DNA of 64,000 nucleotides from Eledone cirrhosa (GCA_964016885.1 OZ024764.1:18786001-18850000), one strand, 5' to 3'. Shown: positions 1 to 12,300, numbered from the stretch's first letter. Notes: a model not told the origin generated them from the letters alone. Numbers and translations are program-made.

Positions 1-871
1 TGTCACAACAAAAAGTACCCAGTCCACACTGTAATGTGGTCATGCAGGTTTCACAACAAAAACTACCCAGTCCACACTGTAATCTGGTCATATAGGTGTC
101 ACAACAAAAAGTACCCAGTCCACACTGTAAAGTGGTCATGTAGGTGTCACAACAAAAAGTACCCAGTCCACACTGTAAAGTGGACATGTAGGTGTCATGA
201 CAAAAAGTACCCAGTCCACACTGTAAAGTGGTCATGTAGGTGTCACAACAAAAAGTACACAGTCCACACTGTAAAGTGGTCATGTAGGTGTCACAACAAA
301 AAGTACCCAGTCCACACTGTAAAGTGGTCATGTAGGTGTCACAACAAAAAGTACCCAGTCCACACTGTAAAGTGATCATGTAGGTGTCACAACAAAATAT
401 ACCCAGTCCACACTGTAAAGTGGTCATGTAGGTGTCACAACAAAAAGTACCCAGTCCACACTGTAAAGTGGTCATGTAGGTGTCACAACAAAAAGTACCC
501 AGTCCACACTGTAAAGTGGTCATGTAGGTGTCATGACAAAAAGTACCCAGTCCACACTGTAAAGTGGTCATGTAGGTGTCACAACAAAAAGTACACAGTC
601 CACACTGTAAAGTGGTCATGTAGGTGTCACAACAAAAAGTACCCAGTCCACACTGTAAAGTGGTCATGTAGGTGTCACAACAAAAAGTACCCAGTCCACA
701 CTGTAAAGTGATCATGTAGGTGTCACAACAAAATATACCCAGTCCACACTGTAAAGTGGTCATGTAGGTGTCACAACAAAAAGTACCCAGTCCACACTGT
801 AAAGTGGTCATGTAGGTGTCACAACAAAAAGTACCCAGTCCACCCTGTAAAGTGGTCATATAGGTGTCACA

Positions 872-913
872 ACAAAAAGTACCCAGTCCACCCTGAAAAT
901 GGGTATTGTTTGT
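872..913. other. First of about 27 divergent monomers forming a 14-bp imperfect inverted repeat (ACAAAAAGTACCCA-14 nt-TGGGTATTGTTTGT)
   Basis: 12 Watson-Crick pairs, 1 G-T and 1 A-G mismatch, read directly from the sequence. Confidence 0.85.
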
Positions 914-3900
914 GTCACAACAAAAAGTACCCAGTCCACACTGTAAAGTGGTCATGTATGTGTCACAACAAAAATTACCCAATCCACACTTTAAAGTGGT
1001 CATGTAGGTGTCACAACAAAAAGTACCCAATCCACACTGTAAAGAGGTCATGTTGGTGTCACAACAAAAAGTACCCAGTCCACACTGTAAAGTGGTCATG
1101 TAGGTGTCACAACAAAAAGTACCCAGTCCACACTGTAAAGTGGTAATGTAGGTGTCACAACAAAAAGTACCCAGTCCACACTGTAAAGTGGTCATGTAGG
1201 TGTCACAACAAAAAGTACCCAGTCCGCACTGTAAGGTGGTCATGTAGGTGTCACAACAAAATATACCCAGTCCACACTGTAAAGTGGTCATGTAGGTGTC
1301 ACAACAAAAAGTACCCAGTCCACACTGTAAAGTGGTCATGTAGGTGTCACAACAAAAAGTACCCAATCCACACTGTAAAGTGGTCATGTAGGTGTCACAA
1401 CAAAAAGTACCCAGTCCACCCTGTAAAGTGGTCATATATGTGTCACAACAAAAAGTACCCAGTCCACCCTGTAAAGTGGTCATGTATGTGTCACAACAAA
1501 AAGTACCCAGTCCACACTGTAAAGTGGTCATGTAGGTGTCACAACAAAAAGTACCCAGTCCACACTGTAAAGTGGTCATGTAGGTGTAACAACAAAATAT
1601 ACCCAGTCCACACTGTAAAGTGGTCATGTATGTGTCACAACAAAAAGTACCCAGTCCACACTGTAAAGTGGTCATGTAGGGGTCACAACAAAAAGTACCC
1701 AGTCCACACTGTAAAGTGGTCATGTAGGTGTCACAACAAAAAGTACCCAGTCCACACTGTAAAGTGGTCATGTAGGTGTCACAACAAAAAGTACCCAGTC
1801 CACACTGTAAAGTGGTCATGTAGGTGTAACAACAAAATATACCCAGTCCACACTGTAAAGTGGTCATGTAGGTGTCACAACAAAAAGTACCCAGTCCACA
1901 CTTTAAAGTGGTCATGTAGGTGTCACAACAAAAAGTACCCAGTCCACACTGTAATGTGGTCATGCAGGTTTCACACCAAAAAGTACCCAGTCCACACTGT
2001 AATGTGGTCATATAGGTGTCACAACAAAAAGTACCCAGTCCACACTGTAAAGTGGACATGTAGGTGTCATGACAAAAAGTACCCAGTCCACAGTGTAAAG
2101 TGGTCATGTAGGTGTCACAACAAAAAGTAACCAGTCCACACTGTAAAGTGGTCATGTAGGTGTCACAACAAAAAGTACCCAGTCCACACTGTAAAGTGGT
2201 CATGTAGGTGTCACAACAAAAAGTACCCAGTCCACACTGTAAAGTGGTCATGTAGGTGTCACAACAAAAAGTACCCAGTCCACACTGTAAAGTGGTCATG
2301 TAGGTGTCACAACAAAAATACCCAGTCCACACTGTAAAGTGGTCATGTAGGTGTCACAACAAAAAGTACCCGGTCCACACTGTAAGGTGGTCATGTAGGT
2401 GTCACAACAAAAAGTACCCAGTCCACCCTGTAAAGTGGTCATATAGGTGTCACAACAAAAAGTACCCAGTCCACACTGTAAAGTGGTCATGTAGGTGTCA
2501 CAACAAAAAGTACCCAGTCCACACTGTCAAGTGGTCATGTAGGTGTCACAACAAAAAGTACCTAGTCCACACTGTAAAGTGGTCATGTAGCTGTCACAAC
2601 AAAAAGTACCCAGTCCACACTGTAATGTGGTCATGCAGGTTTCACAACAAAAAGTACCCAGTCCACACTGTAATGTGGTCATATAGGTGTCACAACAAAA
2701 AGTACCCAGTCCACACTGTAACGTGGTCATGTAGGTGTCACAACAAAAAGTACCCAGTCCACACTGTAAAGTGGACATGTAGGTGTCATGACAAAAAGTA
2801 CCCAGTCCACACTGTAAAGTGGTCATGTAGGTGTCACAACAAAAAGTACACAGTCCACACTGTAAAGTGGTGATGTAGGTGTCACAACAAAAAGTACCTA
2901 GTCCACACTGTAAAGTGGTCATGTAGGTGTCACAACAAAAAGTACCCAGTCCACACTGTAAAGTGGTCATGTAGGTGTCACAACAAAATATACCCAGTCC
3001 ACACTGTAAAGTGGTCATGTAGGTGTCACAACAAAAAGTACCCAGTCCACACTGTAAAGTGGTCATGTAGGTGTCACAACAAAAAGTACCCAGTCCACAC
3101 TGTAAAGTGGTCATGTAGGTGTCACAACAAAAAGTACCCAGTCCACCCTGTAAAGTGGTCATATAGGTGTCACAACAAAAAGTACCCAGTCCACCCTGAA
3201 AATGGGTATTGTTTGTGTCACAACAAAAAGTACCCAGTCCACACTGTAAAGTGGTCATGTATGTGTCACAACAAAAAGTACCCAATCCACACTTTAAAGT
3301 GGTCATGTAGGTGTCACAACAAAAAGTACCCAGTCCACACTGTAATGTGGTCATGTAGGTGTCCCAACAAAAAGTACCCAGTCCACCCTGTAAAGTGGTC
3401 ATGTAGGTGTCACGACAAAAAGTACCCAGTCCACACTGTAAAGTGGTCATGTAGGTGTCACAACAAAAAGTACCCAATCCACACTGTAAAGAGGTCATGT
3501 TGGTGTCACAACAAAAAGTACCCAGTCCACACTGTAAAGTGGTCATGTAGGTGTCACAACAAAAAGTACCCAGTCCACACTGTAAAGTGGTCATGTAGGT
3601 GTCACAACAAAAAGTACCCAGTCCACACTGTAAAGTGGTCATGTAGGTGTCACAACAAAATATACCCAGTCCACACTGTAAAGTGGTCATGTAGGTGTCA
3701 CAACAAAAAGTACCCAGTCCACACTGTAAAGTGGTCATGTAGGTGTCACAACAAAAAGTACCCAATCCACACTGTAAAGTGGTGATGTAGGTGTCACAAC
3801 AAAAAGTACCCAGTCCACCCTGTAAAGTGGTCATATATGTGTCACAACAAAAAGTACCCAGTCCACCCTGTAAAGTGGTCATGTATGTGTCACAACAAAA

Positions 3901-6347
3901 AGTACCCAGTCCACACTGTAAAGTGGTCATGTATGTGTCACAACAAAAAGTACCCAGTCCACACTGTAAAGTGGTCATGTAGGTGTCACAACAAAAAGTA
4001 CCCAGTCCACACTGTAAAGTGGTCATGTAGGTGTCACAACAAAAAGTACCCAGTCCACACTGTAAAGTGGTCATGTAGGTGTCACAACAAAAAGTACCCA
4101 GTCCACACTGTAAAGTGGTCATGTAGGTGGCACAACAAAATATACCCAGTCCACACTGTAATGTGGTCATATAGGTGTCACAACAAAAAGTACCCAGTCC
4201 ACACTGTAACGTGGTCATGTAGGTGTCACAACAAAAAGTACCCAGTCCACACTGTAAAGTGGACATGTAGGTGTCATGACAAAAAGTACCCAGTCCACAC
4301 TGTAAAGTGGTCATGTAGGTGTCACAACAAAAATTACACAGTCCACACTGTAAAGTGGTGATGTAGGTGTCACAACAAAAAGTACCTAGTCCACACTGTA
4401 AAGTGGTCATGTAGGTGTCACAACAAAAAGTACCCAGTCCACACTGTAAAGTGGTCATGTAGGTGTCACAACAAAATATACCCAGTCCACACTGTAAAGT
4501 GGTCATGTAGGTGTCACAACAAAAAGTACCCAGTCCACACTGTAAAGTGGTCATGTAGGTGTCACAACAAAAAGTACCCAGTCCACCCTGTAAAGTGGTC
4601 ATATAGGTGTCACAACAAAAAGTACCCAGTCCACCCTGAAAATGGGTATTGTTTGTGTCACAACAAAAAGTACCCAGTCCACACTGTAAAGTGGTCATGT
4701 ATGTGTCACAACAAAAAGTACCCAATCCACACTTTAAAGTGGTCATGTAGGTGTCACAACAAAAAGTACCCAGTCCACACTGTAATGTGGTCATGTAGGT
4801 GTCCCAACAAAAAGTACCCAGTCCACCCTGTAAAGTGGTCATGTAGGTGTCACGACAAAAAGTACCCAGTCCACACTGTAAAGTGGTCATGTAGGTGTCA
4901 CAACAAAAAGTACCCAATCCACACTGTAAAGAGGTCATGTTGGTGTCACAACAAAAAGTACCCAGTCCACACTGTAAAGTGGTCATGTAGGTGTCACAAC
5001 AAAAAGTACCTAGTCCACACTGTAAAGTGGTCATGTAGGTGTCACAACAAAAAGTACCCAGTCCACACTGTAAAGTGGTCATGTAGGTGTCACAACAAAA
5101 TATACCCAGTCCACACTGTAAAGTGGTCATGTAGGGGTCACAACAAAAAGTACCCAGTCCACACTGTAAAGTGGTCATGTAGGTGTCACAACAAAAAGTA
5201 CCCAGTCCACACTGTAAAGTGGTCATGTAGGTGTCACAACAAAAAGTACCCAGTCCACACTGTAAAGAGGTCATGTAGGTGTAACAACAAAATATACCCA
5301 GTCCACACTGTAAAGTGGTCATGTAGGTGTCACAACAAAAAGTACCCAGTCCACACTTTAAAGTGGTCATGTAGGTGTCACAACAAAAAGTACCCAGTCC
5401 ACACTGTAATGTGGTCATGCAGGTTTCACACCAAAAAGTACCCAGTCCACACTGTAATGTGGTCATATAGGTGTCACAACAAAAAGTACCCAGTCCACAC
5501 TGTAAAGTGGACATGTAGGTGTCATGACAAAAAGTACCCAGTCCACAGTGTAAAGTGGTCATGTAGGTGTCACAACAAAAAGTAACCAGTCCACACTGTA
5601 AAGTGGTCATGTAGGTGTCACAACAAAAAGTACCCAGTCCACACTGTAAAGTGGTCATGTAGGTGTCACAACAAAAAGTACCCAGTCCACACTGTAAAGT
5701 GGTCATGTAGGTTTCACAACAAAATATACCCAGTCCACACTGTAAAGTGGTCATGTAGGTGTCACAACAAAAAGTACCCAGTCCACACTGTAAAGTGGTC
5801 ATGTAGGTGTCACAACAAAAAGTACCCAGTCCACACTGTAAAGTAGTCATGTAGGTGTCACAACAAAAAGTACCCAGTCCACCCTGTAAAGTGGTCATAT
5901 ATGTGTCACAACAAAAAGTACCCAGTCCACCCTGTAAAGTGGTCATGTATGTGTCACAACAAAAAGTACCCAGTCCACACTGTAAAGTGGTCATGTAGGT
6001 GTCACAACAAAAAGTACCCAGTCCACACTGTAAAGTGGTCATGTAGGTGTCACAACAAAAATACCCAGTCCACACTGTAAAGTGGTCATGTAGGTGTCAC
6101 AACAAAAAGTACCCGGTCCACACTGTAAGGTGGTCATGTAGGTGTCACAACAAAAAGTACCCAGTCCACCCTGTAAAGTGGTCATATAGGTGTCACAACA
6201 AAAAGTACCCAGTCCACACTGTAAAGTGGTCATGTAGGTGTCACAACAAAAAGTACCCAGTCCACACTGTCAAGTGGTCATGTAGGTGTCACAACAAAAA
6301 GTACCTAGTCCACACTGTAAAGTGGTCATGTAGCTGTCACAACAAAA

Positions 6348-9344
6348 AGTACCCAGTCCACACTGTAATGTGGTCATATAGGTGTCACAACAAAAAGTAC
6401 CCAGTCCACACTGTAACGTGGTCATGTAGGTGTCACAACAAAAAGTACCCAGTCCACACTGTAAAGTGGACATGTAGGTGTCATGACAAAAAGTACCCAG
6501 TCCACACTGTAAAGTGGTCATGTAGGTGTCACAACAAAAAGTACACAGTCCACACTGTAAAGTGGTGATGTAGGTGTCACAACAAAAAGTACCTAGTCCA
6601 CACTGTAAAGTGGTCATGTAGGTGTCACAACAAAAAGTACCCAGTCCACACTGTAAAGTGGTCATGTAGGTGTCACAACAAAATATACCCAGTCCACACT
6701 GTAAAGTGGTCATGTAGGTGTCACAACAAAAAGTACCCAGTCCACACTGTAAAGTGGTCATGTAGGTGTCACAACAAAAAGTACCCAGTCCACACTGTAA
6801 AGTGGTCATGTAGGTGTCACAACAAAAAGTACCCAGTCCACCCTGTAAAGTGGTCATATAGGTGTCACAACAAAAAGTACCCAGTCCACCCTGAAAATGG
6901 GTATTGTTTGTGTCACAACAAAAAGTACCCAGTCCACACTGTAAAGTGGTCATGTATGTGTCACAACAAAAAGTACCCAATCCACACTTTAAAGTGGTCA
7001 TGTAGGTGTCACAACAAAAAGTACCCAGTCCACACTGTAATGTGGTCATGTAGGTGTCCCAACAAAAAGTACCCAGTCCACCCTGTAAAGTGGTCATGTA
7101 GGTGTCACGACAAAAAGTACCCAGTCCACACTGTAAAGTGGTCATGTAGGTGTCACAACAAAAAGTACCCAATCCACACTGTAAAGAGGTCATGTTGGTG
7201 TCACAACAAAAAGTACCCAGTCCACACTGTAAAGTGGTCATGTAGGTGTCACAACAAAAAGTACCCAGTCCACACTGTAAAGTGGTCATGTAGGTGTCAC
7301 AACAAAAAGTACCCAGTCCACACTGTAAAGTGGTCATGTAGGTGTCACAACAAAATATACCCAGTCCACACTGTAAAGTGGTCATGTAGGTGTCACAACA
7401 AAAAGTACCCAGTCCACACTGTAAAGTGGTCATGTAGGTGTCACAACAAAAAGTACCCAATCCACACTGTAAAGTGGTGATGTAGGTGTCACAACAAAAA
7501 GTACCCAGTCCACCCTGTAAAGTGGTCATATATGTGTCACAACAAAAAGTACCCAGTCCACCCTGTAAAGTGGTCATGTATGTGTCACAACAAAAAGTAC
7601 CCAGTCCACACTGTAAAGTGGTCATGTATGTGTCACAACAAAAAGTACCCAGTCCACACTGTAAAGTGGTCATGTAGGTGTCACAACAAAAAGTACCCAG
7701 TCCACACTGTAAAGTGGTCATGTAGGTGTCACAACAAAAAGTACCCAGTCCACACTGTAAAGTGGTCATGTAGGTGTCACAACAAAAAGTACCCAGTCCA
7801 CACTGTAAAGTGGTCATGTAGGTGGCACAACAAAATATACCCAGTCCACACTGTAATGTGGTCATATAGGTGTCACAACAAAAAGTACCCAGTCCACACT
7901 GTAACGTGGTCATGTAGGTGTCACAACAAAAAGTACCCAGTCCACACTGTAAAGTGGACATGTAGGTGTCATGACAAAAAGTACCCAGTCCACACTGTAA
8001 AGTGGTCATGTAGGTGTCACAACAAAAAGTACACAGTCCACACTGTAAAGTGGTGATGTAGGTGTCACAACAAAAAGTACCTAGTCCACACTGTAAAGTG
8101 GTCATGTAGGTGTCACAACAAAAAGTACCCAGTCCACACTGTAAAGTGGTCATGTAGGTGTCACAACAAAATATACCCAGTCCACACTGTAAAGTGGTCA
8201 TGTAGGTGTCACAACAAAAAGTACCCAGTCCACACTGTAAAGTGGTCATGTAGGTGTCACAACAAAAAGTACCCAGTCCACACTGTAAAGTGGTCATGTA
8301 GGTGTCACAACAAAAAGTACCCAGTCCACCCTGTAAAGTGGTCATATAGGTGTCACAACAAAAAGTACCCAGTCCACCCTGAAAATGGGTATTGTTTGTG
8401 TCACAACAAAAAGTACCCAGTCCACACTGTAAAGTGGTCATGTATGTGTCACAACAAAAAGTACCCAATCCACACTTTAAAGTGGTCATGTAGGTGTCAC
8501 AACAAAAAGTACCCAGTCCACACTGTAATGTGGTCATGTAGGTGTCCCAACAAAAAGTACCCAGTCCACCCTGTAAAGTGGTCATGTAGGTGTCACGACA
8601 AAAAGTACCCAGTCCACACTGTAAAGTGGTCATGTAGGTGTCACAACAAAAAGTACCCAATCCACACTGTAAAGAGGTCATGTTGGTGTCACAACAAAAA
8701 GTACCCAGTCCACACTGTAAAGTGGTCATGTAGGTGTCACAACAAAAAGTACCTAGTCCACACTGTAAAGTGGTCATGTAGGTGTCACAACAAAAAGTAC
8801 CCAGTCCACACTGTAAAGTGGTCATGTAGGTGTCACAACAAAATATACCCAGTCCACACTGTAAAGTGGTCATGTAGGTGTCACAACAAAAAGTACCCAG
8901 TCCACACTGTAAAGTGGTCATGTAGGTGTCACAACAAAAAGTACCCAATCCACACTGTAAAGTGGTGATGTAGGTGTCACAACAAAAAGTACCCAGTCCA
9001 CCCTGTAAAGTGGTCATATATGTGTCACAACAAAAAGTACCCAGTCCACCCTGTAAAGTGGTCATGTATGTGTCACAACAAAAAGTACCCAGTCCACACT
9101 GTAAAGTGGTCATGTATGTGTCACAACAAAAAGTACCCAGTCCACACTGTAAAGTGGTCATGTAGGTGTCACAACAAAAAGTACCCAGTCCACACTGTAA
9201 AGTGGTCATGTAGGTGTCACAACAAAAAGTACCCAGTCCACACTGTAAAGTGGTCATGTAGGTGTCACAACAAAAAGTACCCAGTCCACACTGTAAAGTG
9301 GTCATGTAGGTGGCACAACAAAATATACCCAGTCCACACTGTAA
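6348..9344. repeat. Tandem higher-order duplication, period 1488 bp (31 monomers); related copies at about 2.7-5.1 kb
   Basis: ORF starts are offset by 1488 (6908/8396, 7486/8974, 7532/9020) with the same order of variant monomers. Boundaries are approximate. Confidence 0.85.
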
Positions 9345-12300
9345 AGTGGTCATGTAGGTGTCACAACAAAAAGTACCCAGTCCACACTGTAAAGTGGTCA
9401 TGTAGGTGTCACAACAAAAAGTACCCAGTCCACACTGTAAAGTGGTCATGTAGGTGTCACAACAAAAAGTACCCAGTCCACACTGTAAAGTGGTCATGTA
9501 GGTGTCACAACAAAAAGTACCCAGTCCACCCTGTAAAGTGGTCATATATGTGTCACAACAAAAAGTACCCAGTCCACCCTGTGAAGTGGTCATGTATGTG
9601 TTACAACAAAAAGTACCCAGTCCACACTGTAAAGTGGTCATGTATGTGTGACAACAAAAAGTACCCAGTCCACACTGTAAAGTGGTCATGTAGGTGTCAC
9701 AACAAAAAGTACCCAGTCCACACTGTAAAGTGGTCATGTAGGTGTCACAACAAAAGTAGCCAGTCCACACTGAAAAGTTGTCATGTAGGTGTCATAACAA
9801 AAAGTACCCAGTCCACACTGTAAAGTGGTCAGGTAGGTGTCACAACAAAAAGTACCCAGTCCACACTGTAAAGTGGTCATGTAGGTGTCACAACAAAAAG
9901 TACCCAGCCCACACTGTAAAGTGGTCAGGTAGGTATCATGACAAAAAGTACCCAGTCCACACTGTAAAGTGGTCATGTAGGTATCATGACAAAAAGTACC
10001 CAGTCCACACTGTAAAGTGGTCATGTAGGTGTCACAACAAACAAAACCCAGTCCACACTGTAAAGTGGTCATGTATGTGTCACAACAAAAAGTACCCAGT
10101 CCACACTGTAAAGTGGTCATGTATGTGTCACAACAAAAAGTACCCAGTCCACACTGTAAAGTGGTCATGGAGGTGTCACAACAAAAAGTACCCAGTCCAC
10201 ACTGTAAAGTTGTCATGTAGGTGTCATAACAAAAAGTACCCAGTCCACACTGTAAAGTGGTCAGGTAGGTGTCACAACAAAAAGTACCCAGTCCACATTG
10301 TAAAGTGGTCATGTAGGTGTCACAACAAAAAGTACCCAGTCCACACTGTAAAGTGGTCAGGTAGGTGTCACAACAAAAAGTACCCAGTCCACACTGTAAA
10401 GTGGTCATGTAGGTGTCACAACAAAAAGTACCCAGTCCACACTGTAAAGTGGTCATGTAGGTGTCACAACAAAATATACCCAGTCCACACTGTAAAGTGG
10501 TCATGTAGGTGTCACAACAAAAAGTACCCAGTCCACACTTTAAAGTGGTCATGTAGGTGTCACAACAAAAAGTACCCAGTCCACACTGTAATGTGGTCAT
10601 GCAGGTTTCACACCAAAAAGTACCCAGTCCACACTGTAATGTGGTCATATAGGTGTCACAACAAAAAGTACCCAGTCCACACTGTAAAGTGGTCATGTAG
10701 GTGTCACAACAAAAAGTACCCAGTCCACACTGTAAAGTGGACATGTAGGTGTCATGACAAAAAGTACCCAGTCCACACTGTAAAGTGGTCATGTAGGTGT
10801 CACAACAAAAAGTAACCAGTCCACACTGTAAAGTGGTCATGTAGGTGTCACAACAAAAAGTACCCAGTCCACACTGTAAAGTGGTCATGTAGGTGTCACA
10901 ACAAAAAGTACCCAGTCCACACTGTAAAGTGGTCATGTAGGTGTCACAACAAAATATACCCAGTCCACACTGTAAAGTGGTCATGTAGGTGTCACAACAA
11001 AAAGTACCCAGTCCACACTATAAAGTGGTCATGTAGGTGTCACAACAAAAAGTACCCAGTCCACACTGTAAAGTGGTCATGTAGGTGTCACAACAAAAAG
11101 TACCCAGTCCACCCTGTAAAGTGGTCATATATGTGTCACAACAAAAAGTACCCAGTCCACCCTGTAAAGTGGTCATGTATGTGTCACAACAAAGAGTACC
11201 CAGTCCACACTGTAAAGTGGTCATGTAGGTGTCACAACAAAAAGTACCCAGTCCACACTGTAAAGTGGTCATGTAGGTATCACAACAACAAGTACCCAAT
11301 CCACACTGTAAAGTGGTCATGTAGGTGTCACAACAAAAAGTACCCAGTCCACCCTGTAAAGTGGTCATATATGTGTCACAACAAAAAGTACCCAGTCCAC
11401 CCTGTAAAGTGGTCATGTATGTGTCACAACAAAAAGTACCCAGTCCACACTGTAAAGTGGTCATGTATGTATCACAACAAAAAGTACCCAGTCCACACTG
11501 TAAAGTGGTCATGTAGGTGTCACAACAAAAAGTACCCAGTCCACACTGTAAAGTGGTCATGTAGGTGTCACAACAAAAAGTACCCAGTCCACACTGTCAA
11601 GTGGTCATGTAGGTGTCACAACAAAAAGTACCTAGTCCACACTGTAAAGTGGTCATGTAGCTGTCACAACAAAAAGTACCCAGTCCACACTGTAATGTGG
11701 TCATGCAGGTTTCACAACAAAAAGTACCCAGTCCACACTGTAAAGTGGTCATGTAGGTGTCACAACAAAAAGTACCCAGTCCACCCTGTAAAGTGGTCAT
11801 GTAGGTGTCACGACAAAAAGTACACAGTCCACACTGTAAAGTGGTCATGTAGGTGTCACAACAAAAAGTACCCAATCCACACTGTAAAGAGGTCATGTTG
11901 GTGTCACAACAAAAAGTACCCAGTCCACACTGTAAAGTGGTCATGTAGGTGTCACAACAAAAAGTACCCAGTCCACACTGTAAAGTGGTCATGTAGGTGT
12001 CACAACAAAAAGTACCCAGTCCACACTGTAAAGTGGTCATGTAGGTGTCACAACAAAAAGTACCCAGTCCACACTGTCAAGTGGTCATGTAGGTGTCACA
12101 ACAAAAAGTACCCAATCCACACTGTAAAGTGGTCATGTAGGTGTCACAACAAAAAGTACCCAGTCCACCCTGTAAAGTGGTCATATATGTGTCACAACAA
12201 AAAGTACCCAGTCCACCCTGTAAAGTGGTCATATATATGTCACAACAAAAAGTACCCAGTCCACCCTGTAAAGTGGTCATGTATGTGTCACAACAAAAAG

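Noticed and set aside
10-14. Phased A-tracts causing intrinsic DNA curvature
   Set aside because: There is only one A5 tract per 48 bp (about 4.6 helical turns), so successive tracts are roughly out of phase.
123-134. CACT-GTAA-AGTG stem with a GNRA tetraloop as a structured RNA or ribozyme element
   Set aside because: The stem is only 4 bp and is broken by common variants (CCCT, AATG). No hammerhead core (CTGANGA...GAAA) is present.
895-912. Divergent 18-bp patch as a foreign insertion or mobile element
   Set aside because: Monomer length stays 48 bp, 11 of 18 bases still match the consensus, and there is no target-site duplication. It is a substitution cluster, reported above as the hairpin variant.
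2527-9770. Minus-strand ORFs of 1182 and 1166 aa, (MTTLQCGLGTFCCDTY)n, as keratin-associated or metallothionein-like proteins
   Set aside because: They are the antisense reading of the same monomer. Their ends are set by the recurrent GTCAAG stop variant and by 1-bp deletions.
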